This document shows, piece after piece, positions 47,258 to 55,759 of a stretch of 64,000 nucleotides of DNA. The translations under genes and the position numbers were made by a program. Below the pieces are notes generated by a model that ran no database searches, was not told the origin of the DNA, and worked only from the letters and a program-made list of their open reading frames with translations. This stretch comes from a virus. Lineage: Duplodnaviria; Heunggongvirae; Uroviricota; Caudoviricetes. Location of the stretch: the IMG/VR virus record IMGVR_UViG_3300012663_000706; one strand, written 5' to 3'. Every line of letters begins with the position of its first letter. The first letter of the stretch is position 1.

Positions 47258-48113
47258 TAATGGTTACGTTTAAGTATTTAGATAAAACGGCTAGATATTC
47301 TACATTTTTAGAATTTTCATTAGTAGAGATTGTGTCGATTTCGTCAATGTAATCTTTACCAATTTCGGTTAAGGCAAAATTATTAAAATCATCAACATAG
47401 AATAATGGTTTTGTAAGCTCCATAGAATATTGATTATCTGATTTTCCGTTTTCTAGAATGTTTTCAGATAATTCAAAATGTCTTTCGTAATAATGGATAT
47501 TATCGGCAAAATGAGCATACTCTCCAATTTCTAAAGTTGGATATGTTTCTTTTAACCAAAGGTACATGTGTTGGTGGACCACTGCGAAAAAAGGAGCGTC
47601 AAATGTAAGACCATAGAAAATATCATTAGATCTCATTTGAACTTTCATATTCAATTTATTATCTCTAATAAAGAAGTTAAGGTACATTGTACAAACAAAA
47701 TCTTTATTGCCTGCAAATTGATACTTTGGCTGATTCAAGAATGCGATTGCTTGACGAGTATTTACATCAGCTTTTAAACTATCTAAACACCATTTTAACT
47801 GGGGTCCAAATAGTAATGCACCATAGTTTGAATTAATTTCGTTTGTACCAGGATTTGTAATACCTTTCCAGAAATTAGAGAACTTATTAATGTAATCGAT
47901 ATCACAGTCTTTTTTAAGATACCATGCTACTTCTCCAGCGAAATATTTCCAGTTAAACGCTCTATCTTTAAATGATGCAAAAGGCTGAGTAGAATCTACT
48001 GAGTATTGACCATATATTAATTCACGAACTTTTAAACTTCTTGGCTGAGATTCAGAACCGTTTTTATTAATGTCTTCGATTATATCGATAAACGTGTTTG
48101 AGAAATTGCTCAT
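47205..48113 (-). CDS. Thymidylate-synthase-superfamily enzyme, probable dCMP hydroxymethylase (T4 gp42-like)
   Basis: INSNYG, DFVCT and MRSNDIFYGLTFD, with Asp at the position where ThyA has Asn. Confidence 0.75.
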   Translation of the reverse strand: MSNFSNTFIDIIEDINKNGSESQPRSLKVRELIYGQYSVDSTQPFASFKDRAFNWKYFAGEVAWYLKKDCDIDYINKFSNFWKGITNPGTNEINSNYGALLFGPQLKWCLDSLKADVNTRQAIAFLNQPKYQFAGNKDFVCTMYLNFFIRDNKLNMKVQMRSNDIFYGLTFDAPFFAVVHQHMYLWLKETYPTLEIGEYAHFADNIHYYERHFELSENILENGKSDNQYSMELTKPLFYVDDFNNFALTEIGKDYIDEIDTISTNENSKNVEYLAVLSKYLNVTINEKSTNNKDNARAESFQ

Positions 48114-48139
48114 TGTTTTTAATTATAAAGGTTATACAC

Positions 48140-50158
48140 TTATTTTAAGGAAAGTTTACTCGCATCTTTCTCATGAGTGATCGTATAGAAAAACTCAGTC
48201 GATGGAGTAATTGCCTTGTCGATAATCGAATCTGCTAATAAATCTTCTACAAAATGCTGGATCGCTCTTTTAATAGGTCTTGCACCATAGGCAATATCAT
48301 AACCTTCTTTAACTAAAAACAATTTAGCTGATTTTGTAAATTTAATCGTGATTCCCTGATCTAATAATCTTTCAGAAACTTCTGCTAATTCAAGTTCTAC
48401 AATCTTAAGAATAGATTCTTCAGATAATTGCTCGAATAGAATCATGTCGTCTAATCTATTTAGGAATTCTGGTGGGAATTTATTCTTTAATTCTTTTCTG
48501 ATCACCGACTCCATTTTAGCCTTTTGGCTAGATATTGAACCATCTGTAAAACCAATACCTACTCCAAATTCAGAGAATTTACGGGCACCGATATTAGAAG
48601 TCATAATGATAATAGTATTTGTAAAATCAATTGTTCTACCTAAAGAATCAGTTAATCTACCGTCATCTAGAACCTGCAATAAAGTATTGAAAATATCTGG
48701 ATGTGCTTTTTCAATCTCATCAAATAATACTACTGAATAAGGTTTTCTACGAACTTGCTCGGTTAATTGACCGCCTTCTTCGTATCCAACATATCCTGGA
48801 GGAGCACCAACTAGACGAGAAACTGTAAATTTCTCAGAGTACTCGCTCATATCGATTCTAATTAAATTATCTTCTGAACCGAAATAATATTCTGTAAGTG
48901 CCTTTACTGTTTCTGTTTTACCAACTCCAGTTGGACCAATAAACATGAATGAACCAATTGGCTTTTTAGCTGAAGATACTCCAGTTCTAGAACGCTTAAT
49001 AACTCTACATAAAGAATCTACCGCTTCGTTCTGGCCAATTATAATTTTATTCAATTCTTTATTCATTCCTATAATCATCTTACTCTCATCTCCGTTTAGA
49101 CGAGTAACTGGAATTCCAGTAATTTCAGCGATTGTAGCAGCAACATCTTGGTCGGTAACATGTCTACGTTTATCTCGTAAACTCTTTTCCCAATCTTTTA
49201 ATTTAGCCTCGATTTCTTTTCTTTTACCAAGTTCAGAATCTCTAAAGTTTGCAGCAGCTTCGTAATCTTGTTTAGATACCGCCTCGTGTTTTTGTTTTCC
49301 AAACTCTTCGGCATCATCTTCCATTTTTTTAACGTAAGGAGGAACCTTAATTTCTAGTAAATGTATCTTAGCACCAACTTCGTCCATTATATCGATAGCC
49401 TTGTCCGGCAATTCTCGTTGGGTGATATATCTTTCAGATAACTTTACACAAGCTTCAATGGCTTCAGGAGTATAAGTTACCGAGTGGTGGTCTTCGTATT
49501 TCTCTTTAATTTTATTTAAGATTTCGATAGCTTCATCAGTTGAAGGTGGATCTACGAAAACTTCTTGAAAACGGCGAGTTAGGGCTCCATCCTCTTCAAT
49601 ATGTTCTCTATATTCGTCGGTTGTTGTAGCACCAATACAATGAACTTGTCCTCTTGCAAGGGCAGGTTTTAGAATATTAGAAGCATCTAAAGATCCAGAA
49701 GAACCTCCAGCGCCGATCAAAGTATGAATCTCATCAATGAATACTATAACGTCCTGATTTGACTTAAGTTCGTCAACAATCATTTTCATTCTCTCTTCAA
49801 ATTCTCCACGGTATTTTGTACCAGCTACGATTGTAGTTAAGTTAAGAGAGATAATTTTCTTATTTAATAGAGTACGTGCAACTTTCTTTTCGACTATGCG
49901 CTGAGCAATTGCTTCGACGATTGCAGTTTTACCAACTCCTGGATCTCCCAAGATAATTGGATTATTTTTCTTTCGACGAGAAAGAATTTGGCAAACACGA
50001 TGAACTTCTTTTTCTCTACCGATAATTGGATCTAATTTACCTTCAGCGGCTAGCTGTGTTAAATCTTCTCCAAACTGATCTAGAAACGGAGTTCTACCTT
50101 TTCCACCTTTTTTGGGACTAGTTCCCGTGTTATTTATATCGTCTATGTTATCCATCAT
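48140..50158 (-). CDS. clpC: ClpC-like AAA+ unfoldase lacking the N-terminal Clp-repeat domain
   Basis: Two Walker A motifs ([16 protein letters not shown]), UVR M-domain [11 protein letters not shown] and ClpP-docking IGF loop. Confidence 0.9.
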   Translation of the reverse strand: MMDNIDDINNTGTSPKKGGKGRTPFLDQFGEDLTQLAAEGKLDPIIGREKEVHRVCQILSRRKKNNPIILGDPGVGKTAIVEAIAQRIVEKKVARTLLNKKIISLNLTTIVAGTKYRGEFEERMKMIVDELKSNQDVIVFIDEIHTLIGAGGSSGSLDASNILKPALARGQVHCIGATTTDEYREHIEEDGALTRRFQEVFVDPPSTDEAIEILNKIKEKYEDHHSVTYTPEAIEACVKLSERYITQRELPDKAIDIMDEVGAKIHLLEIKVPPYVKKMEDDAEEFGKQKHEAVSKQDYEAAANFRDSELGKRKEIEAKLKDWEKSLRDKRRHVTDQDVAATIAEITGIPVTRLNGDESKMIIGMNKELNKIIIGQNEAVDSLCRVIKRSRTGVSSAKKPIGSFMFIGPTGVGKTETVKALTEYYFGSEDNLIRIDMSEYSEKFTVSRLVGAPPGYVGYEEGGQLTEQVRRKPYSVVLFDEIEKAHPDIFNTLLQVLDDGRLTDSLGRTIDFTNTIIIMTSNIGARKFSEFGVGIGFTDGSISSQKAKMESVIRKELKNKFPPEFLNRLDDMILFEQLSEESILKIVELELAEVSERLLDQGITIKFTKSAKLFLVKEGYDIAYGARPIKRAIQHFVEDLLADSIIDKAITPSTEFFYTITHEKDASKLSLK

Positions 50159-50188
50159 ATATTGTTATATTATTCAGTATGTATTTGA

Positions 50189-50842
50189 TTAAAAATTCGT
50201 ATTCGAGTCAGGACGATATTTTGCATTATGCTCGATAATCTTTTGTACTGCTTCTTCTCCAGTGTCGACGATTCTGAATAGTTCAAAATCATCATTAGAC
50301 ATTTTACCATTTATAAACACAGTATCTATTAGCCATTTATATAGACCTCCCCAATAATCTTTTCCTACTAATATAATAGGAAACTTAGGAGAGTGTCCAG
50401 TTTGGGCCAGTGTAAGAGCTTCAAATAACTCATCAAGTGTTCCTAAACCTCCAGGAAAAACGATAAATCCTTGTGAGTATTTTATAAGTGAAACTTTTCG
50501 AGTGAAGAAGTATCTACATGTTATACCCTTATTGACATGCGGATTCATGCTTGCCTCAAATGGTAATTCGATTCCTAATCCAATCGATAAACCGTCTTTA
50601 GCTCCTTCATTTACGGCTTCCATTACTCCTGGTCCGCCGCCAGTTATTACTCCAAACCCAGCATCGACTAGTTGTTTTCCAACGACTAGGCCTTCTTGAT
50701 AGAATTTATCATCTTTAGGAGTTCTTGCTGAACCGAAAACGGCAATACAAGGACGGTCCAAATCGGATAACTCATCGAATGCTCGAGTAAATTCGCCTTG
50801 AATTCTGAGAATTTGCCAGGCGTCAATAGACTTATTAGACAT
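50189..50842 (-). CDS. LOG-family nucleotide phosphoribohydrolase (TIGR00730-like)
   Basis: VFGSAR, TGGGPGVMEA, YFFTRK and PGGLGTLDE; start set at 50842. Confidence 0.9.
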   Translation of the reverse strand: MSNKSIDAWQILRIQGEFTRAFDELSDLDRPCIAVFGSARTPKDDKFYQEGLVVGKQLVDAGFGVITGGGPGVMEAVNEGAKDGLSIGLGIELPFEASMNPHVNKGITCRYFFTRKVSLIKYSQGFIVFPGGLGTLDELFEALTLAQTGHSPKFPIILVGKDYWGGLYKWLIDTVFINGKMSNDDFELFRIVDTGEEAVQKIIEHNAKYRPDSNTNF

Positions 50843-50843
50843 A

Positions 50844-51113
50844 TTAATCTTCTTTTTGGATTGAACCTCGATTAGGTCCAAACGACATTAAACGTTGAAC
50901 ACAATTACTACATAGAACGCCGGTCGAATCAGGACTAGAAAAAACCCATTGGTCGCAAACACCATCTTCTGGAGCCGCTTGAGAATATTTACTTAATTCA
51001 GGTTTGGAGTTCATGCAAATCATTGCGTGACCCATCTTTCCAGTTTTAGATCCTAAGATTGTTGTTTCCATTATCCTAGTCTTCCAACCAACTACTTCTT
51101 TTTTACTCGCCAT
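50844..51113 (-). CDS. Small Cys-containing hypothetical protein
   Basis: C...C...CSNC, a possible zinc ribbon. Confidence 0.55.
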   Translation of the reverse strand: MASKKEVVGWKTRIMETTILGSKTGKMGHAMICMNSKPELSKYSQAAPEDGVCDQWVFSSPDSTGVLCSNCVQRLMSFGPNRGSIQKED

Positions 51114-51336
51114 CTTGTTCGATTTTTGTGAATTCGTATTTACTCTTAATAAAATGATTTAGCGCCTGTCCAGCACTAGTAGAGTTTGCAAACTTGTGGT
51201 AGTCATCGGCTTCGACACCATGATAGGAATAGACAGCGCCACTTTTAAAAGTTACTATGAACTCTTTGGTGTCTGCATAGTAGCTAGTCATTTCGATTGT
51301 TGAAGACTCTAATTGCGTGTGTTGAACTTTAATCAT
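51103..51336 (-). CDS. KTSC-domain protein
   Basis: ESSTI...Y...VTFKSGAVYSYHGV...SAGQ...IK. Confidence 0.85.
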   Translation of the reverse strand: MIKVQHTQLESSTIEMTSYYADTKEFIVTFKSGAVYSYHGVEADDYHKFANSTSAGQALNHFIKSKYEFTKIEQDGE

Positions 51337-51379
51337 ATTTCTTTAATTTTAGTTATGTGGGGGATTTTCTTTACCTATC

Positions 51380-51407
51380 TTATATGGGAAATTTTTGAGT
51401 TGTTTCA
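51380..51407 (-). promoter_or_regulatory. Class-2 promoter (TGAAAC-N16-ATATAA)
   Basis: One of 9 sites with this bipartite motif. Confidence 0.6.
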
Positions 51408-51449
51408 TGTAATCTATGTCCCTAAGAATTTTTATACACACTATATTAT

Positions 51450-52767
51450 AATACCAAGGGCCTCTCACCCTCGCCGATTGGACAACTTCAACGACCTTCA
51501 ACGCCCTTTCAGACTACAACACCCCTGATAGTAACGCCAGTATACCATCGGAAGAATAGGAGGTCCCCAAACCGTACTTATGAGTATTCATATAACCAAG
51601 AGGATAGGGACCACTCTACTGAAGGGTGACAATACCGAGTCGTCTTAATTCTATGTCCCCTCCGAATTGCCTACTGCCGATCCTATTAGATCTACGAGTC
51701 TTTTATTGTTTACAGTTTATAGTTAATAGTAAACAATCTATTTGGAGTCTAGTACCATTTGGTGGTGTTGCACTAGACTAGAAGCGACGCCCCATCACCG
51801 AGACTGACCTTGGCCCTTTGAGACCTTGGAGTACTTCGGTCCTCGATGAGGGTCGGGTAGCAGGGTACCTGCATCCAGACGACAGTCTGGTAGTAGATTC
51901 CCGGAGCTGGAAAAAACGGGCCTACAGGGAACGTTCAACCCTATGAGGGCCCTCTGACATCTCCTAGTCGCGAATGGGACGGGCCCATTTCGATCGGGAA
52001 CTGGATTCTCCGTATCTTTATAACGGTTCTTATTGGTTTCTTTTAGGTCTTTCTGGTACTTATTGTATTTTATGGCCACCGGATTTCCCGGGAAATAATA
52101 GGGCCCTTGGAGAACTCAAAGTATCTGAAACGGGCCGGTTAGGTAGAAAAGGGGGCCTGCACGGACCGAGATAATGTGTGCACTTCTGGTAAAGTGTTTC
52201 GCTAAAAGACTTATTATTAATTTAAAGTCATGACCCTTCACTCCTGGAGCAGAGCATGTACGTCTAATCGGGCCATTTCCTTATCTGGCTAATCGGGCCC
52301 ACCGATTTCTGGTACCGGTAACAGGTGATGCTCTCGTTGAGTAGGAAGCTTGGAGTCCCGTTAATCGCGCTTTAAGCCACCAAGGCTCGTAGGACTCCGA
52401 TCACTAGCAGGACTGGGAGTCGCGGAACGTGGAGTCGCTATCTTCTAGTTCTCCTATACCTATCTAGTCCTTTATGCTCTTATAGCTCTAAGTGCCTATA
52501 ACGAGCACTCTTGGTGCTTATAGCCTTTAGGTGCCTACTATGTCCTCCTTATAGGCATTTTAATAGGTTATTGGTTTATTGGGCCCGAAGGGACTGATGT
52601 CCCTTGAGCAGTGGAGCACTAGTGGCACTGATCAGTGCTAGTGGCATAGTGACTCACCAGTGCACTAGGTGGCATATAGTGCTCCTGGAGTGTCACCTGG
52701 AGTGACTTCTGGAAGTGTCCTGGGAGTGCACTCCGGTAAGTGTTACCGGTAAGTGCTCCTGGAGTGA
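51450..52767. other. GC-rich, hairpin/palindrome-dense non-coding block (terminus, origin or structured RNA candidate)
   Basis: No credible ORF, a sharp compositional shift and many short inverted repeats. Confidence 0.6.
52679..52767. repeat. Degenerate tandem array of about seven 11-14 nt quasi-palindromic units
   Basis: TG-n2-4-(C/T)C(T/C)GG(A/TA)AG-like units. Confidence 0.7.
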
Positions 52768-53226
52768 TTATGCTACTACTTCCATACGGTTAAAAACATC
52801 CTCTGGAGTGTTATTAACGAAAGCTTTATCGGCCCAAGTTTTAGCGTTACATAACCTGTAGTTAGTTTGGCTATATAAGTTACTATTAGACCAGTTTTGG
52901 TTAATATCTCCTACTTCCATATCTAAGAATAACTGTGTGTCCATAAGAACGATTTTGTTTCCTTTACGGGCAAAAACAGTTAACCAAGTATCTGTACCTT
53001 CTGCTTTAAACTGAATCGTTTGTAGGGCACCTTTTTTAAAGTTTCTAAATACGTTAATAGCTCTTTTCCATTGTGGACCAGATTCCCATTTACATTTAAT
53101 ACCTAAGTCATCTACTGTGGTCATAAAACCAGCTTGAACTTTAACGATTGCTTGGTACTCTCCTTTACGATCTTGGATAAAATCTGTTTGGTTAATTCTT
53201 TCTGAGTTGATAATTTGCTTTGTCAT
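52768..53226 (-). CDS. Hypothetical early protein
   Basis: 152 aa ORF after a class-1 promoter. Confidence 0.7.
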   Translation of the reverse strand: MTKQIINSERINQTDFIQDRKGEYQAIVKVQAGFMTTVDDLGIKCKWESGPQWKRAINVFRNFKKGALQTIQFKAEGTDTWLTVFARKGNKIVLMDTQLFLDMEVGDINQNWSNSNLYSQTNYRLCNAKTWADKAFVNNTPEDVFNRMEVVA

Positions 53227-53258
53227 AATGTGGATGTTTTAAAGTGTTATTGTTAATT

Positions 53259-53334
53259 TGTTATATGTAAATATAAACAATTTATTTCAAACCCGAAACG
53301 ATTTAGTGAATTATTTTCAAAAAAGTTATTAACA
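53259..53334 (-). promoter_or_regulatory. Class-1 promoter with TGTTAATAAC box
   Basis: Core motif plus box at 53325-53334. Confidence 0.75.
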
Positions 53335-53348
53335 TTCTGGACACACGG

Positions 53349-53374
53349 AAAAGGGCCCTTTTGAGGCCCTTTTC
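53349..53374 (-). terminator. Intrinsic terminator (possibly bidirectional)
   Basis: Stem AAAAGGGCC/GGCCCTTTT downstream of the HTH gene. Confidence 0.7.
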
Positions 53375-53396
53375 TTCTGGATACTGGAAAGGCTAC

Positions 53397-53642
53397 TTAC
53401 GCGTTAACGTAGGTAGAGTTCGCTTTGCGCTTACGAAGTAAATCGTATGCTGCATTCATGATTTGGTCGTTAAACTCTTTACCGTTAAGTACATCACTTA
53501 CATGTGTAGTACTATAGTCCGTGCGGTATGCAATTTCTGCAACATCTCCTCTACGTTGGCGACTATTAACGATAGCTAACTTCTGTGTGTAGCTCAACTT
53601 CTTGTAAGAGCTAGGTCTGTTGGTGTTAAACGTGTAATTCAT
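53397..53642 (-). CDS. Small helix-turn-helix DNA-binding protein
   Basis: GDVAEIAYRTDYSTTHVSDVLNGK; start set at 53642, downstream of the class-2 promoter at 53666-53692. Confidence 0.7.
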   Translation of the reverse strand: MNYTFNTNRPSSYKKLSYTQKLAIVNSRQRRGDVAEIAYRTDYSTTHVSDVLNGKEFNDQIMNAAYDLLRKRKANSTYVNA

Positions 53643-53699
53643 TTGTATGTTGTTTGATGTATATCTTATATGGGCCCTGCCCGTTTGTTTCAAAAAATA

Positions 53700-53760
53700 A
53701 TTTGAAAATAATTGCATAAAAGTTTTTTTATGTCGTGGATTATGTTTATATTTACATATG
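53700..53760 (+). promoter_or_regulatory. Class-1 promoter with no substantial downstream ORF
   Basis: ATGTC-N10-TTTATATTTACATAT at 53730-53759. Confidence 0.65.
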
Positions 53761-53775
53761 AAAAATAACAAAATG

Positions 53776-53888
53776 ACATAACGGGCCCATGGCCACCAGG
53801 GTTAACCACCCGACAAGGGTTCGCTTTTTCCACCGGAGCGCAGAGGGTAGACTCCGACCTGTTTTATATACAGGAGTTCCCCGTATGT
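53776..53888 (+). ncRNA. Candidate small structured RNA
   Basis: GC-rich island downstream of a promoter; 5' ACATAACGGG can pair with 3' CCCGTATGT; internal stems. Confidence 0.35.
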
Positions 53889-53949
53889 AGTGCGTCAATA
53901 TAAAAGTAATCAATTTCCACGACATGGTAAAATAAAGTTTTGAACAGTA

Positions 53950-54025
53950 TGTTAATAACTTTTTTGAAAATAAATCACTAAATCGTTTCCGGTTTGAAAA
54001 ATTATGTTTATATTTACATATAACA
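53950..54025 (+). promoter_or_regulatory. Class-1 promoter with TGTTAATAAC box
   Basis: Box at 53950-53959; TTTGAAAA...TTTATATTTACATATAAC. Confidence 0.78.
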
Positions 54026-54043
54026 AATTAACAAAGATACATT

Positions 54044-54397
54044 ATGAACATATCACTTTCCCCTTCCGAAATCCAAGTTGTTAAAAACGCTTTAGTTGAC
54101 TACAAAGCTAACCTAGTAGGTGCTGGTACTCAGTATTCTATTGCAACCGCTCTCCTACATACGATCGTAGAAAAAGAGGCTAAGGAAGCTAATAGAACTC
54201 CAAAGGTTATTCCTAATAAGCAATGGATGTTTAACTTTACTACTGGAGGTTGGAACACTGTATATGCTAAAACTAAACGTGGAGCTATCGCTCAGGCTGC
54301 TAGGGAATATAAGACCTCAAACTTGATTCCTAATCCTAAAACTTTCGCAGTAGCTACTGATGCTGCTATGAAAAACGCTTTAAGTTTATTCTATTAA
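54044..54397 (+). CDS. Hypothetical early protein
   Basis: 117 aa ORF after a class-1 promoter; WMFNF-GGWNTVYA motif. Confidence 0.7.
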   Translation: MNISLSPSEIQVVKNALVDYKANLVGAGTQYSIATALLHTIVEKEAKEANRTPKVIPNKQWMFNFTTGGWNTVYAKTKRGAIAQAAREYKTSNLIPNPKTFAVATDAAMKNALSLFY

Positions 54398-54400
54398 TCC

Positions 54401-54431
54401 TGAAACAAAATCACAATAATCTATATAAATA
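54401..54431 (+). promoter_or_regulatory. Class-2 promoter overlapping a TATAAATA late-type box
   Basis: TGAAAC-N16-ATATAA; TATAAATA at 54424-54431. Confidence 0.6.
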
Positions 54432-54463
54432 TAACAGTTTAACAAATCAAACACCAAAAAAAC

Positions 54464-55612
54464 ATGGGAACAATCACAACACTTTCAAACAACGTCATCT
54501 CTAAACGTAAACAAGAGACCTTACAAGCACAAGCTATCCGTAAAACAGTAGCATTCAGAGACGTAAAATTAATCGATGACAAAACCATCGAATATAACGG
54601 ATCTCGTATTGGAATTACCAATGGATGTTTTAAGTCTTTACTTAAACTAATCGGAATGTCTAATCAGTTTGCTGCAAATTTCGAAAACTTATTTAATGCT
54701 GAAGCCAAAGCAACTTTCATTAACCGTATTAAAGACGCTATGTCTTCTAATGCTGGTAAATTAAGCGAAGTTACATTGGTCCTTTCACCTTATAATAAGA
54801 CCGTTATCGGAATCACAAAGAAACCAACCGATCTTATTTCTAACGAGCAATTCTTAGGAGTAGCTGAAAGAATTATCGATCAACAAGGATTCGATGTTAC
54901 TAACTGGTCAGTCGATCCAACTAGTGGAATTATCCAAATCAATGCATTTAATCCAAAAGCAATGTTTGGTGTTGAAGGTCTTAGCGATGAGGTTTTCACT
55001 GGAGGAGTTACTTTTAAGAACTCACCACTACAAGGTTTCCAAGTTCTACCTTATGTTAACCGTTTATGGTGTACAAATGGTATGACAACTGCCTTAGCTG
55101 AAGAAGCTTACACTCTTAATTCATTAGACTCTACCACTATGGAGAAGTTCTTTGAACAAATGCAAGAATTACGTAATAACAATTACGCTCCGAAAGCATT
55201 TGCTGACAAAGTTAGAATGGCTGTTAACACTCCCGCATCTCTTAAAGAAATGAAAGGAGCTTATAACATCATCTCTAGTCATGCTGGAGAAAATGCAGAT
55301 CGTTGGATCCCACTAGCTGAAAACTTATCTAAGTATAAAGCTGCTGGTTATGAGGATCTTACAGCCGACCAAATGTCAGCTGCTAAATCAAACCAATCTG
55401 TTTGGTCAGTTATTAATGGTCTTACACACTTTGCTACTCACGCTCCTGATTTAATCACTAGCAACATGCAAGAATCAGATTCTACTAAGATGATGGTTCA
55501 AGCCGGTAACATCTTCGGTAAGACACGCTTCGATCACCAAAACGACATGCCAAATCCATTTGGTAACAATGTCCTTCAGAACACTACTCAGATCGGTTCA
55601 TTATTGAACTAA
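54464..55612 (+). CDS. DUF932-like protein
   Basis: RLWCTNG motif and C-terminal WSVINGLTHFATH. Confidence 0.7.
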   Translation: MGTITTLSNNVISKRKQETLQAQAIRKTVAFRDVKLIDDKTIEYNGSRIGITNGCFKSLLKLIGMSNQFAANFENLFNAEAKATFINRIKDAMSSNAGKLSEVTLVLSPYNKTVIGITKKPTDLISNEQFLGVAERIIDQQGFDVTNWSVDPTSGIIQINAFNPKAMFGVEGLSDEVFTGGVTFKNSPLQGFQVLPYVNRLWCTNGMTTALAEEAYTLNSLDSTTMEKFFEQMQELRNNNYAPKAFADKVRMAVNTPASLKEMKGAYNIISSHAGENADRWIPLAENLSKYKAAGYEDLTADQMSAAKSNQSVWSVINGLTHFATHAPDLITSNMQESDSTKMMVQAGNIFGKTRFDHQNDMPNPFGNNVLQNTTQIGSLLN

Positions 55613-55630
55613 TCTTTGTTTAATTTGTTA

Positions 55631-55657
55631 AAGGGAGTCTTCGGACTCCCTTTTTTT
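55631..55657 (+). terminator. Intrinsic terminator
   Basis: Stem GGGAGTC/GACTCCC with a TTCG loop, followed by T7. Confidence 0.9.
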
Positions 55658-55665
55658 GTGCAAAA

Positions 55666-55742
55666 TGTTAATAACTTTTTTGAAAATAAAGTGAAAAAAG
55701 TTATACCGATTGAAAAATTATGTTTATATTTACATATAACAA
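55666..55742 (+). promoter_or_regulatory. Class-1 promoter with TGTTAATAAC box
   Basis: Box at 55666-55675 plus core. Confidence 0.78.
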
Positions 55743-55759
55743 ATTAAAACTTACACATT

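Noticed and set aside
47205-48113. thyA assignment
   Set aside because: Asp replaces the dUMP-specifying Asn, and the other motifs match gp42.
48140-50158. clpB assignment
   Set aside because: The short UVR-type M-domain and the IGF loop indicate a ClpC type.
1469-50699. Short plus-strand and out-of-frame ORFs nested in long minus-strand genes
   Set aside because: They lie within well-supported genes and have no motifs or promoters of their own.
51970-51980. GCGAATGGGAC, identical to the 3' end of the genomic HDV ribozyme
   Set aside because: No GTCCC P2 partner or P1/P3 elements within the expected distance upstream; treated as coincidence unless a descriptor search finds a full fold.
51313-52174. 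Track ORFs 51313-51528, 51795-52079 and 51974-52174
   Set aside because: Atypical composition, no recognisable motifs or leaders; expected by chance in a GC-rich block.
52600-52767. Possible CRISPR or mini-array
   Set aside because: Units are 11-14 nt, degenerate and have no spacers; no cas genes in the window.
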